From Trichosphaerium sp. ATCC 40318 (Eukaryota; Protista; Tubulinea), in the NCBI GenBank assembly GCA_038496445.1, contig JALMLS010000438.1, positions 124,001 through 188,000 on the forward strand: 64,000 nt of DNA, given 5' to 3'. Below, piece by piece: positions 51,101 to 63,319 of the stretch (positions are counted from its first letter, which is position 1; each line of letters starts with the position of its first letter). Both the position numbers and the translations under genes were made by a program. The notes beneath the pieces are model-generated. The model was not told where the DNA came from, did no database searches, and saw nothing but the letters and a program-made list of their open reading frames with translations.

Positions 51101-51806
51101 TTTTTTATCTCCTTGGACCTTTTTCACTTTTTCTGAACCTCAACCTAAAGAAAACTTGCCATAATTATCTAATTCGTAACTACAAACATATTTACAGTAC
51201 CGTTTGGCCTTTCAAAAGATAACAAAAACGATTGTGGTCCTTTGTTGTACAAGGTTTTTTTTACTGACAAAGTATGTTTTTAGGTTGTTCCTTTAAACTC
51301 TTCTACAGCTATGTTTGATTGGCTTACGAAAAATGTTACATCAAGTTCTGACGCTAAAAGAGTTAAAGTTGTTACTAATAATTACCGTGTTAATGATTTT
51401 GGAGATCGTGCTGGTGAAATGACTATAAAGTACGACTTTCAAACTTAATCCCAAAAAAAAAAATTGCTCAAACAAACAACAAAAAATCAGTTTTCTTTCA
51501 AACTCACTATTAATCAATACCTCACCTACCTAATATATCTCTTTATATAATATATACCATATGATTTTTTTATCTTTACTTACATAGAGCACCAAGAAAC
51601 ATTTGTATTCAATTGTTTTTTGTTGTTTTGTATTTTTTTTTGACAGTTTTTTTAGGACGTTAAGGAAGAACAATAAGTTATGGAAAACAATACCGGCAAT
51701 GATTTATTGTGGTAATATTAAAGCTGCAAAACGTATAGCAAAAAATTTTAGTAATGTAAGTGCATCAAATGATCCTGTGGCAGTAATGACGTTTGCTTCA
51801 AAATAA
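48187..51806 (+). CDS. Alpha/beta hydrolase (MARTX ABH-like) with C-terminal receiver-like alpha/beta domain
   Basis: VVVFSGSHGS, MDYRSFG, LFQDA, NIILYGFSMGGPMAA (nucleophile elbow), GLILDR|AM, AEHED. C-terminal ILLWIDN...VVTNNYR...IPAMIYCG. Modelling it as one gene is inferred from exon phases. Confidence 0.7.
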
Positions 51807-52089
51807 ATTGTACATAAAAAAAAAGAAATACAAAAAGAGTAACATACTACTTGTTAATTAAGGAGAGTAGTGTTCTTGTTACTTGATATGTCAAGTTGTG
51901 TCATATCCTTCATATTAAGGGTCTCTAGCTGATCGGTTTTGTGCAACGAACGTGGGGGTTTTTTCGGAAACATAGTCTTTCAGGGTCCTTGGTATTATCA
52001 ATAAATAAGCGGTTGCCTCAAATGGGTGGCAACAACAGCAAGCAGAGAAAAATAAAACTTTCAACCAACGGTACACGTCATAGTACGAC

Positions 52090-52945
52090 ATGGTATTTGA
52101 GTTTACTAACATAAATTTGTTAGACGGTAGTAGTAATGAGGATGAGGGAGAATAGTATTAAACTAACCTAAGATATAGTCTGTTGAGTTAATTATGTTTT
52201 CATAGTGATTATGTATTTAAAATCGCTGTTGTTGGTGATTTTTCTGTTGGAAAGAGTAGTTTGGTTCTTAGACTCGCTGATGACACATTCACAGAGCCAT
52301 TGGACACAAAATGTGTTGAATTTGTATGTCCCACCCAAACTAGCATTCCATGTCACGTGTTTATGACTTACTTGTAGAAAGTAAAAACAACAACAGTCTA
52401 TGACAAGAAAGTCAAACTAAACGTTTGGGACTCTCCTAGAGGTATGATGCTTCTGTGCTTGTAACTTTTATTTATCAAGTGTTATCTCTTAAGATACTCG
52501 AAGATTTCGTAGAATAGATATCTCTCCACCGTACCTTCAGGCTGATGGTGTTGTGGTTGTATATGACTGTACTCAACAAGATACTTTTGACAGTGTACGC
52601 AAATGGCTGAAAACAATAGAGAGATATGCAAAGGAAAGTGTTCAAATAGTCCTTGCTGGAAGCAAATGTGACCTTCTTGATGAGTGTGTCGTTGATCCTG
52701 AGGTTGCTATGGTACAGTATAATTAATTTCAAAATCACCAACCTTTTGATAAAGGCAGTTGCAGAAGCATACAATGTACAATACTTTGAGATATCGGCTA
52801 AAGAATCAATTAATGGTATGTTTTTCACTATCTTCTTCCTTTACCTGATTTCTATCAAGTTGAAGAAGTATTCATTCAGCTATCAGCTATGATTGTTAAG
52901 GATCTCAGCAAACACCATTTAGACATGCATCACAACGAATGTTGA
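52090..52945 (+). CDS. Divergent Rab1-like small GTPase
   Basis: [74 protein letters not shown]-terminal Cys. Confidence 0.85.
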
Positions 52946-53061
52946 ACTATTGTTAAATCACGTGCTTATCACAATACATTGTGCAATAAATATTGGTTTA
53001 TGTCAACTACGTACTATTATTCCACTATCATCAACTCATTTAAGTAATATTTATCAACGTT

Positions 53062-53103
53062 TTTGAAATAAAAGGAGAATACAAGGAGTGGCATACAAAT
53101 AGC
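53062..53103 (+). pseudogene. MORN-variant repeat remnant
   Basis: FEIKGEYKEWHTNS matches the repeat of the 36047-36766 gene; flanked by stops. Confidence 0.45.
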
Positions 53104-53988
53104 CCAATTGAGTTGCCTGTATAATTGGATACTTGAAAGATTATAACCAGGAGTTGCTCTCAAATACTTGGACTCCAAGAAAAAAACACATGCTACTATA
53201 CTTCTCTATCACATGCTCCAGGTACGGTTACTTAAACGCCGAAGTATCAAGCACTAACTAGTTGTTACGAGAAGACAGCGCACCTGATATTAATTCTAAA
53301 TGGTGTATTGACCTCATGTTGTGGACACTCATTCTGTGCCAACGTACACTATAACTAACTCTATGGGTTGTTACATCTTTAATAGTCTTGGTTCACTAGT
53401 GCCTATCATAGCAAGAGCACAGGAAGAATGATACCTTGGAACAACCCAGGAAAGATAGAGCCTGGGAATTAGCTTCAGGGTTGAATAAGCTTACACATCC
53501 TAATGGGAACGATATCGTTTATATACTAGCAGAGTAATTGCCACTTATACTCCTTTAAGGATGTTCTGTCCGCGTAAGTTAGTGATTATACAGCTAGCAG
53601 GTGAATCTTAAAAAAACACTTACAGCTGCACTTTTCTTCGTGTGATGAATGACATGTGGACACTCAAACTTTAAATATTACATCCTGTGCTTATTATGAA
53701 GTGAATATTAACAGCCTAGGAGCATCAATATCAGAATCAACTGATATTTTTAATCTTAGAGCAACGTTCAAATTATTGCGACTGCAAGTTGACTAGATAA
53801 ACTGGTTGATTTTCTGATCTAGGATAGGTGAAGTTAACTTTATCAGCAATATTGTAACCAGTTGATACTTAGCATAAACATACAAAATTTAGAAGACTAT
53901 TTATTAGAATTTGAGAAGTGTTGATGACTTACAGTAAAGTTTTTCTAGCTTCTGTATGTTCTTGCTTCATCAAGACATTCTTTACTCA

Positions 53989-55454
53989 TTAAATACGAAG
54001 ACCATTAATTTTATGAACACCAGTAAGAGCTTTAATCCCTTCTTCTGTTATTTTATCACAATGTTTAATACTAATGCTATAAACACCTGAAAGAGCTTTT
54101 ATCCCTTCATCTGTAATTTCTTTATTATAGTCAAGATTAATAGTGTGAACACCAGCAAGCGCTTTAACACCTTTATCTGTTACATTTGTATACTTGAGAC
54201 CAATTTCATGAACACCAGAAAGAGCTTTCATACCTTCATCTGTTATTTTGTCACAATAGCTAAGATCAATAGTATGAACGCCAGCAAGAGCTTCGATACC
54301 ATAATCTGTTATTTGTGAGCAACATACGAGGTTGATGGTATGAGCACCAGCAAGAGATCTAACCCCTTCATCTGTGAAACTCAGACAATAACTGAGACTA
54401 ATTTTATGAACGCCAGAAAGAGCTCTTATACCTTTGTCTGTAATGTTTGTGCTGTAGAGATTAATAGTATGAACGCCAGAAAGAGCTTTTACACCCTCAT
54501 CTGTTATTTTCTCGCAACTGCCAAGATAAATTGTATGAACTCCAGCAAGTGCTTTTACACCCTCATCTGTTATCTCCCTGCAAGTACCAAGGTCAATTGT
54601 ATGGACGCCAGCAAGAGCTTTTACCCCTTCATCTGTAATGTTACAATGACTGAGAAAAATTTCATGAACACCAGAAAGAGCTTTTATCCCTTCATCTGTA
54701 ATGTTACAATGACTGAGAATAATTTTATGAACACCAGAAAGAGCTTTCATACCTTCATCTGTTATTTTGTCACAATAGCTAAGATTAATAGTGTGAACGC
54801 CAGAAAGAGCTCTTATACCTTTGTCTGTAATGTTTGTGCTGTAGAGATTAATAGTATGAACGCCAGAAAGAGCTTTTACACCCTCATCTGTTATGTTCTT
54901 GCAAGTATCAAGGTCAATTGTATGGACGCCAGCAAGAGCTTTTACCCCTTCATCTGTAATGTTACAATGACTGAGAAAAATTTCATGAACACCAGAAAGA
55001 GCTTTTATCCCTTCATCTGTAATCCTTCTCTTTCTCTTCAAATTAATATTATGAACACCAGCAAGTACTGTTAACGTTTCATCTGTTACATCACAACTAG
55101 AAAGAACAATAGAACGAACACCAGAAAATAATTTGACAACATCGTTAGGAATTTTACAGCATACGATTTCTGTATGGTGTAGAGTACTCGAATGTTTTAA
55201 AACTGCTTCTGCTTGCTCGGCACTAGAAATATACACTCTATTGTATCCAATAATATCATGAATGATGGAAGCAAGGTGATGACACGTTTGAGAGGCTGAA
55301 AATCGTGCTTTAGTTGTATAGTTTAAAATATATGCTAAAATCTCTGCTGGTAGGTCTAAAAGGCTTTTTTTCGGACTATCAAGGTTAGATTAGGGGTTAA
55401 TAGACTAATTTACGGCTACCTTTGATTAGTGGTGTTATATCCGCGTTTTAACAT
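53989..55454 (-). CDS. F-box/LRR protein with 17 tandem 21-22-aa LRRs (paralog of 23405-24709)
   Basis: Frame open from about 55385: SLLDLPAEILAYIL..SASQTCHHL F-box, then GVHxIxLxxCxxITDEGxKALS repeats. Candidate exon 1 at ATG 55454 is one base out of phase across an A7 run. Confidence 0.85.
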
Positions 55455-55741
55455 CAGAAAATAGCTAACGTCGTATAGGGTTAGTTCCCTAGAGTAATTG
55501 TGAACGAAGAGGTGCCAATAGGAAGATAATTTGAAATGAACTGACTGTGGAAAAAGTCAACAGACTTCTGCGCTGGCGAAAAGATGGTGTAACGGAATAC
55601 AAGAGACTTTGTACTTCTCTCACTTCCCAAACGTCGCAACAGAGAAACCAATATAATAAAACAGCTACCACGATCTCTCGACCCACCTCCCCACTTACGC
55701 TCCTACTTTGAGAGTCAGAGGTCTGCCTCTTGGCGGCTAAG

Positions 55742-55826
55742 TGTAATTACATCAACGATATAGTGGAAGGAGAAATACATGGAGTGGTATTCGAATGGCA
55801 CAAAGAGAATAGAACTGTTTTTGTGA
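55742..55826 (+). pseudogene. Frameshifted MORN-variant repeat remnant
   Basis: CNYINDIVEGE / (+1 nt) YMEWYSNGTKRIE. Confidence 0.5.
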
Positions 55827-56097
55827 CCATGCATTGAGAAAAAGTGCAATGTTAGTCTGTATTTTGCTTATTCCTCAGTAGCAAATGAATCTTCATGCAT
55901 TTTAGATCTAAAAGTATAGCATATGTAGCTATATAATATTGATAGAAATTAATACGTAAGAAGTGAGTAAAAACGCCTTAAAGATTCTAAAAATCCCGTA
56001 AAATCAAAAATCACTTTTTGAAACTGTTTCAACAGCGACGCTGCCTTTACAGTATTTTATGTTTTAGTGGGTTTATTAACAAATGTGTTTTCTTACT

Positions 56098-57045
56098 TTA
56101 AGCATTAAATTCTGTGGTTAAGAGACGTATTGAGTTACTAGCATAGAATAGATTGACATGTAATCTCCATTGTTGATCGGGTACTAAATGCATATTCCTC
56201 ACTTGACCAGATCTCATATTCCTTAGCTTCAAAACAGCGTTATCACAATCAAGAGTCAAGCAAACAATATCTCCAGTCCTATACGATTGTGTTGCAGATA
56301 CACCTGCTTTACCTTGCTTGTAACAACTGGATACAGTCCAAGAATGACAAGTCGGAAGATTACATGATTGAGGAATCAACTTGTCTGAGTTAGATAGTAC
56401 GCCTATCATCATCCATCCATCGTTTTCTAGTGTTGCTATCTCTAGAGTCCATTTTATAACACCTTTAGAGAACTTTCTTGCTCCTAGAGCAGAGCAAAAA
56501 CCTTCACCGATGTTTTCGAATAACAGTTTATGTTCTTTTCTTAAAGCACTTTTCCCGCTTGTTGTTGAGAAGTAATCCATCATATGATCTTCTGAGAGTA
56601 ACCCATAGTAGCTAGCTAGTACTGATAGATGTACATCAGCCTTACATTGCCTCTGGAATTCTATCAGACCCGGTTCTTTAGCCATACGCATAGATCGAAG
56701 TGTTTTTAGAATTAAAGCAAAGTAATCTGGATCAACGTCCAGAAAGATGCGTCCTTCCTTGTCTAGTATCAAATTATCTTCCCATCTACCGCTGAACATT
56801 ATCTCTAGTAGAGAACCCTTTATTTGGCATAGCGTTAGCCTTGTTGTGGTCATGTGAGTGCCACCAATGTTTAGTTCGATGATATCGTTTGGATTTGTTT
56901 CGTGATGATTTTTCATTCGATCTTTTTCTTCTTCTAGTTGTCTCTTCTCTGTTTCGACGCGCATGGCGTCGTCTATAAGCTTTTTCTTCTTCTCTTCTAA
57001 TTGTCGTTCAAAAGAAGAGAATAACGACTTCATATCATCTGCCAT
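56098..57045 (-). CDS. Intronless coiled-coil + KCTD-type BTB/T1 + SPRY/concanavalin-like domain protein
   Basis: IIELNIGGTHMTTTRLTL...GSLLEIMFSGRW...EGRIFLDVDP.YFALIL (BTB/T1). GVIKWTLEI..WMMIGV..GDIVCLTLDCD (SPRY-like). Confidence 0.9.
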   Translation of the reverse strand: MADDMKSLFSSFERQLEEKKKKLIDDAMRVETEKRQLEEEKDRMKNHHETNPNDIIELNIGGTHMTTTRLTLCQIKGSLLEIMFSGRWEDNLILDKEGRIFLDVDPDYFALILKTLRSMRMAKEPGLIEFQRQCKADVHLSVLASYYGLLSEDHMMDYFSTTSGKSALRKEHKLLFENIGEGFCSALGARKFSKGVIKWTLEIATLENDGWMMIGVLSNSDKLIPQSCNLPTCHSWTVSSCYKQGKAGVSATQSYRTGDIVCLTLDCDNAVLKLRNMRSGQVRNMHLVPDQQWRLHVNLFYASNSIRLLTTEFNA

Positions 57046-57798
57046 GCGTCTAGAATTGTGTTAATGTTGTTAGTATGATCTCAACTTAAAAGGAGATTTT
57101 TGGAGGTGCCCTTTCGCGCACGTGTTTTAACGTTTCGGCGCATTTGAGAATTGTTTAAATTGTAATGAATAGATTGCTACAGGAATACGGAACGTGTTCG
57201 TAGATGCGGAAAAATTGGTGGGGAGCTGGTTGTGTTCTGGCCAGTTTGTTTTTACATGTTCTTATAGTGTTGCTGAGATGGATTTAATGGCCAGTACTAA
57301 CTGACGGATTTTTTCACAGTGCTTTGGCGTAATTTTAAATAACAGACACTTAATTGGCGCATGTGTTAGCCGTATGAGCGTGGGCTCGACATCAATAACG
57401 CAACCAAACACAGAAGCAAGAATTCGACATTTACGTCACGAAGGCAACATTTATAATGGTCGGTATAAGACGTTTACTTCAGTCTCAGTATTCAAACCAG
57501 TTTGTATCACATTACAAAGAATGACGTATTCGTTGTAAAACAAAATTTGCAGTTTTTTATATCAGGAGAATTTTGGGCAGAAGTTATTTGATACCACTCG
57601 TTCGTTTTCGACTCTCCTACCAATTGTCAAGGATAAGTATTTTTAGGGAGAAAAGTTTGTCCTGACATTGAGTTGTATATAGAGACCGTAGACTATCAGA
57701 TACACAGAAAGCATCTTTTTCTAGTTCAGAGTTTGTATTTCTTTCGAAAATTTTAAGTTTTCTTTCTGTTTTTGCCATATTCGGTATCCCCAACAGAG

Positions 57799-59350
57799 AT
57801 GACAACTAAACACCTCTTCCTTGCTTTCTTTATCTCCTTATTTACTATAGCTAATACTAAAGTGTAAGTAGAGAATAATATAGATTAACTAGCGTATTTA
57901 AACTAACAGACATACTGTAGTATCATAGCACAAGGAAATATTGCGCCTGAAGGGATAGCATGGGTAAGTAAATAAAGTAGAACTTCGTTTGGTCTTTTTT
58001 TTTTAATCACGTGTTTATCTAGTCCAGCACTACTAATTTCTTGGTTTCTTCCTTTATTCAATCCAGTTTATTTATGGTTCAAGATAATGGGTACGCCAAG
58101 TAGTTTTTATGATATCAATGTCATAATTTTTTTATCAGGACAACAACAGCGTATGGACCGGTTACAGGTGTTCCTCCGGTTTCAACTGTTGGGCTTGCTA
58201 TAGACGAAAGTAGAAACGTAAGTACTAAATCACTTATTCAACCCAATCTAAAGACTCTACCGACTAGAAAGTGTACGCATGTGTTGCATCAATTGCTGTA
58301 TTTCAAGGTTTTCCTAATGTGGAAGGCTCTGCTTATGTACGCACTATTGTTTTGCCATCTAATGATTAATGATTGTGGTTTTAGATCGCAGAATGGGAGT
58401 TCGATACAGGGAATTTTACCACACTGATCAATATTACATTACCAACTGATAAGACTCCATTTTGTAACGATGTGGGTATGTTGTTTTTTTTTAATTTTCC
58501 AGTTTAAAAACGTTTTTGTTATAGTCGTGCATGAATCTACAGGCGATCTTTATGCCACAGATTCACTTGGCGCAAAAGTATGGAAAGTGGATGCGGGAAC
58601 AAAAGAAGTAACTACGATTTCCAGGCCTGTTGAATGGGCAGGTAAACACAAAACAAAAAAACCTCCGTAGTTTTTTCAAACACGTGACCTCTTTTAGGTG
58701 ATCCAAATATTTTGAATATTGGTCCTAATGGCCTACACATTGTTGGAGACATTTTGTTAGTAGCAATATCACGTCCTGCTGGCGAACTTTACAGAGTCCC
58801 ATTGTCTAACACATCTGACATTACAAAAGTTGAGTTTGTTGGCAATGCTCCAATAGGATATGACGGGTTGTGTGATGACCCTGCTTCAGGTACTTGGTGT
58901 TTATATATTGTGATATAATCATCCCATTAACCCTCTTATAGGCGGTATTGCTGCTGTAGGTTATGACGACTTTGTTTACAGATTGGAAACAACAGATGAT
59001 TTCAAAACTATAACTGTTACAGGATCATACAACTCCACTATCCGTAAGTCACTTGATAGTTCATTCTTGTTCTCACATAAGCTATAGAAGGTGGACTTAC
59101 AACATGTGCGACAAGGATGAATGAAGTCTATGTACTGAACGGTCATGCTTCCAATCCAACGCAAACTGAATACGAAATTGAGCTGGTCACATTCTCTGAC
59201 ATATCACCAAGTACTACTGAACCACCAAGCACCACTGAACCACCTACTGATGCACCTGTTGATTCTACAACAACACCTCCATCTTCCGCAATTCAAGTGA
59301 CACTATCCTTGTGGCTATTGAGTATTTTTGTTTTTGTAGCAACTTTCTAA
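57799..59350 (+). CDS. Secreted, probably GPI-anchored SMP-30/gluconolactonase-type beta-propeller protein
   Basis: Signal MTTKHLFLAFFISLFTIA. APEGIAW, FCNDV..GDLYATDS, GPNGL, GYDGL blade motifs. Ser/Thr/Pro linker and hydrophobic C-terminal tail. Confidence 0.8.
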
Positions 59351-59793
59351 CTTAAGTGAGTGCTCCGAAACAACTTACAGCTGTTTTCCACATACAAATA
59401 AATAATCCTTTATAAACGTCTTCATTTTGTGATAAAGATAATATACGCAGTAACAGCAAAGAGATATCATAAAATGACTATGGACGTTACTGTGAAGTTA
59501 TCTATTTTGATTTTATTTTCAATCATCGGAGAACCTGATTCATTTTACTGTAAGATACCGTTTTAGGCGTTTAAATTACTCCAGTCTAGCGCAGTACAAA
59601 TAAGTCGCAATGTCAAAATAAAAAGCAAATTCTTGGAACACAAAGTTCTACGTTGAACTAGGATATTGTTGGTTGACCAACACCACTACCTGATGTTAGT
59701 TAACATTGTTCATGAACCTCCCTGTACCAAGTTCTATATTTCTTGTTTATTTATATACATTTGACTTACAGCATTCATTGGAATAGTCGGCCA

Positions 59794-61335
59794 TCAGCAG
59801 CTATCAGAGCTATTCCGTTTTGTGTTGATAGCTGTCTCTTTTTTATATGTTTGTTTCTTTGGTTTAAGTACTGTGTATGAAATTTCTCCAACACCAACTG
59901 ACATGAGTATATACGCAACTGCAAATATATAATCACTAACTTCAATAAATATAATCATAATACCAGCAATCACAGATAATATAACAACAGCAATTATTAT
60001 TGCCCATCTAAGACTTTCAAGTTTCTTAATAGTTCCTTTTACATTTTCTTTATCACCTGTAAGTTTAACACTTTCTTCAAGTCCTGTGATTATTCTCGAA
60101 GATAAGACATACGCTATTATGATATCAGGTCCAAGGCCTGTTATATAAGCAAAGGCAACAATACAAATGAATAAATCTAGCACGTGATATAAGTAATCAA
60201 CAAGACAAGTTGTTGAAACGTACATCTTAGTTGAGCGACAGACTTCAGAAAGTACATGGATATTGGTACTATGATACTGACGGATATTGCTGAAAATGAT
60301 GCAACTACTTCTAGTAGAGTGAACCAAAACACTTCATGGTGTACATAACTACCTTCTGGGAGTGTACGTACAACCCTAGTAAAAGTTTAGATTTTCAGCG
60401 ACAAAAATAAAAAAAAATCACGTGCCGTATAAGACGTGCAACTAAGATGATATTGAATGCACAATAAAAAAGTGCGCTAATAGTCCATAGAATAGCTGGT
60501 GCTATATCCCTTGTCATACGATATCCAGATATTATAAGAATGCTTGCAATCCCACCACCTTCGAACAAAGTTAGCAGAACATAAGAAATATTTCTTTGAA
60601 ATCTCATTGTATCGATAACAATCTATTCTGTGGTTGTAAAAGAATTGAACTACGTACTAATAGCCATGATTATAGCCAAGATGAACAGGATGTGGTTTTT
60701 GTTTAGCATTGTAAAGTGTCTTAGTTCGAAAGGATATAATTTATACAATCGATAGCTAAATATTAAAATAGGAACAATACCAATAACAAGCGCTAATGAG
60801 TACATCACAGTGACGCCTATTTTACTACTGTAACAAGATAAATCATTTCCCTGTGAATCTATAAGTTCCAAACATACACCATCCCCTGTCCAGCTAGAAA
60901 GGATTAAAACAAGTCACGAGGATTTTGATGAACAATACACAAAATAAGTATTGATTTTTTTCTTCACCACGTGCCATGTCACGTGAGGATTTTACACCAC
61001 ACAAAGTAATAAAATAGCTCGTTCATTACACAGATTTATAAAAGTACAGTACATTCTAAAAACCCAAATCGGAGTGTACAGTAAAACTTGGTTTTTTTTT
61101 TTGTGGTTTTTTAAATGGAAAACTAAAAAACGATAAAGTCATCAAAAACAAATTTAACGCTATGTATAGTCAAAAACCGGCACGTTAAAGAGTCAAAACG
61201 TGAATTGCTAAGTTTTAAGATTAAACGCGCTTTAAAATTACCGTACCCATTTTTACATACGCAGAATGTGTTATTAACGCATACGCCATTGCCATTACAC
61301 TCTTTATAAAACGGCCAATCTTTAACGCATGGCAT
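59794..61335 (-). CDS. Multi-pass membrane protein with N-terminal EGF-like domain (GPCR-like)
   Basis: CNGNGVCVNNTFCVCKNG|WTGDG EGF-like domain, followed by several hydrophobic helices over multiple exons. Confidence 0.65.
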
Positions 61336-61674
61336 ATTGCCTAAAACTAGTATAAATACCTGCAATATCTCCCCGCTATACTCTGTTCGTAGTACATTGA
61401 ATCGTGTACCACTACGCTACCGAATTAAGGCAAGTAAACAACTTAAAAAGGTAAAATCAAGGCGCTAAGATTTATAGCTGTCAAGACGGATTTCGTTTTC
61501 TTCTGTGTTCTTTTTTGGAATACACAGATCAGGCAATGTCAGTATTCATAGAGAATATAAACTGAGTGCGACGCTAATAAAAGTTGAAAAAGGACAAGTG
61601 GCCACTATTAATGAACTTTTTCTGGCGATTCAACTGACATGTTGTACATGCTAAAGCAGGTGCCAAACCCTAAA

Positions 61675-62590
61675 TTAGATGACAATACAGCTGATTAAAT
61701 ATATAGTAACCAGAAAGGCCACTTCACTTCGATTGTAATTGCACCAAGACGCCTGCAGAGTTGACATATTATCTATAAAATATGCTAACATAGTCCCATC
61801 TGTAATTTGTTCATTGTTCATCTGTGAGTTTTACTTCGTTTTAAGAAGCAATACATGTTTTAAGCACCTGCGAGTGAACGCCACACAATTTTGATAAATG
61901 GAGATGGTTTCGGTTATGAGTAATGACACTACTAAACAACTACAAAAAATATGATTAACATGAAAGATTGAAGATCTTTTTTATCGATAGTCAACCCCTA
62001 AAGAGGAAGCAGTAAGAAATTAAATTAGAAACACGAGCGTAGTGAGTGTACTACCACAGAAAAGCGCAAAACCAAAGTTGTAGGGGCACATGGTGTCTAA
62101 TTAAATACAAAAAAACAATCAATTTTTTATTTTTTCATGAAATAGTACAAACAGTGACTGTGAACGGCTTTAGTTTTACATATACTTCAATAGAGTCTCC
62201 GTTTTTAACACCTGAAGAACATATATCTGATTCCATCTCTATATTATCTCCATTGAACAAGACTTTAGTGACTTTAAACTGATGTTTGTGTTCTGGGTTG
62301 GTACTTTGTTTAGGGAATGAAACGTTTACTACGTAGTCACCGATTGCGTCTAAAGCATCTGTACACATAGTAGTTTCCATTACAAACAAATCTAGCGGAA
62401 TTAGAAAAAGAACACAGAATTAACCATATGGTGATTATATAGTACCAACGTTCATCGTTTGTTGTGTTTCTGTGCCTTCTGAGTTCTTTTGAACGTATGG
62501 GCCATTAGGTAGCTCATCTGTGATGGATACTGTTGCAATACATATCTTATTATAGTCCTGATCGGCTGTAGATTTTTGTCTTATTTTCAT
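61675..62590 (-). CDS. Hypothetical protein with ubiquitin-like domain
   Basis: KVLFNGDNIEMESDICSSGVKNGDSIEVYV resembles a ubiquitin-fold C-terminal half. Exon structure and 3' end uncertain. Confidence 0.45.
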
Positions 62591-63319
62591 TACGGGTTGT
62601 TTAACGGAGAAAGTGCAAAAAAGTGCTAAACTTAACCGTCAGCTTACCATAAGTCAGCGTTTTACACAAAAACCTTGACGAGGAACTTAAGTTTCGCTTA
62701 ATTCAACCACTTCCATTCTAACGCCAGTATGCGAAAATAGCACTATTTGAGGAACCTTTCCTCTTTGTGTAACGTTTTGTTTAGCGAATAAGACAACACA
62801 AAACAACTTTTTTGCTGAACACTTTTCAAACGCTCTACACAGTCTTATAAATATGCTTTTACGCGAATATCGCTACCAAGCTGGTATATTGCACTTTATT
62901 GTGTCTATTCGATTAGTACTGTCAACTTTTTTAACAGACGTCTCTTTTGTTGTAACACTACCAGAGAAATGTGTGTTCCTTGACACAAGAAACTAACGTG
63001 TTGTCATAACATCTCTAGTGTACTGTAATTTTTGCTTGTCTTTGAGACATTTCCAAATAAAAGCGGTTGTGTAAAGCAATTTTAGCTCATTAACCGCACG
63101 TGGTTTTTTTTTGGAACTCTGTCCAACTCGAATTTCCAATTCAACTACACTCAATAAATACTTGTTTATAGTACAAAACAGGTTAGGATTCACTAAAAAG
63201 TAATTTAACATTTGGGGTAGGTAATGGCGATGTATCTGCCCATGATGTAGATATACTCTCTGACTACAAAAAAGTTTGTTAGCCAAAACTTCTGTATTAC
63301 CAGAGTTTATCTTGTGCAT

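Noticed and set aside
54340-55074. 244-aa + strand ORF, and similar antisense ORFs such as 24304-24702
   Set aside because: Antisense shadows of the repetitive LRR coding sequence.
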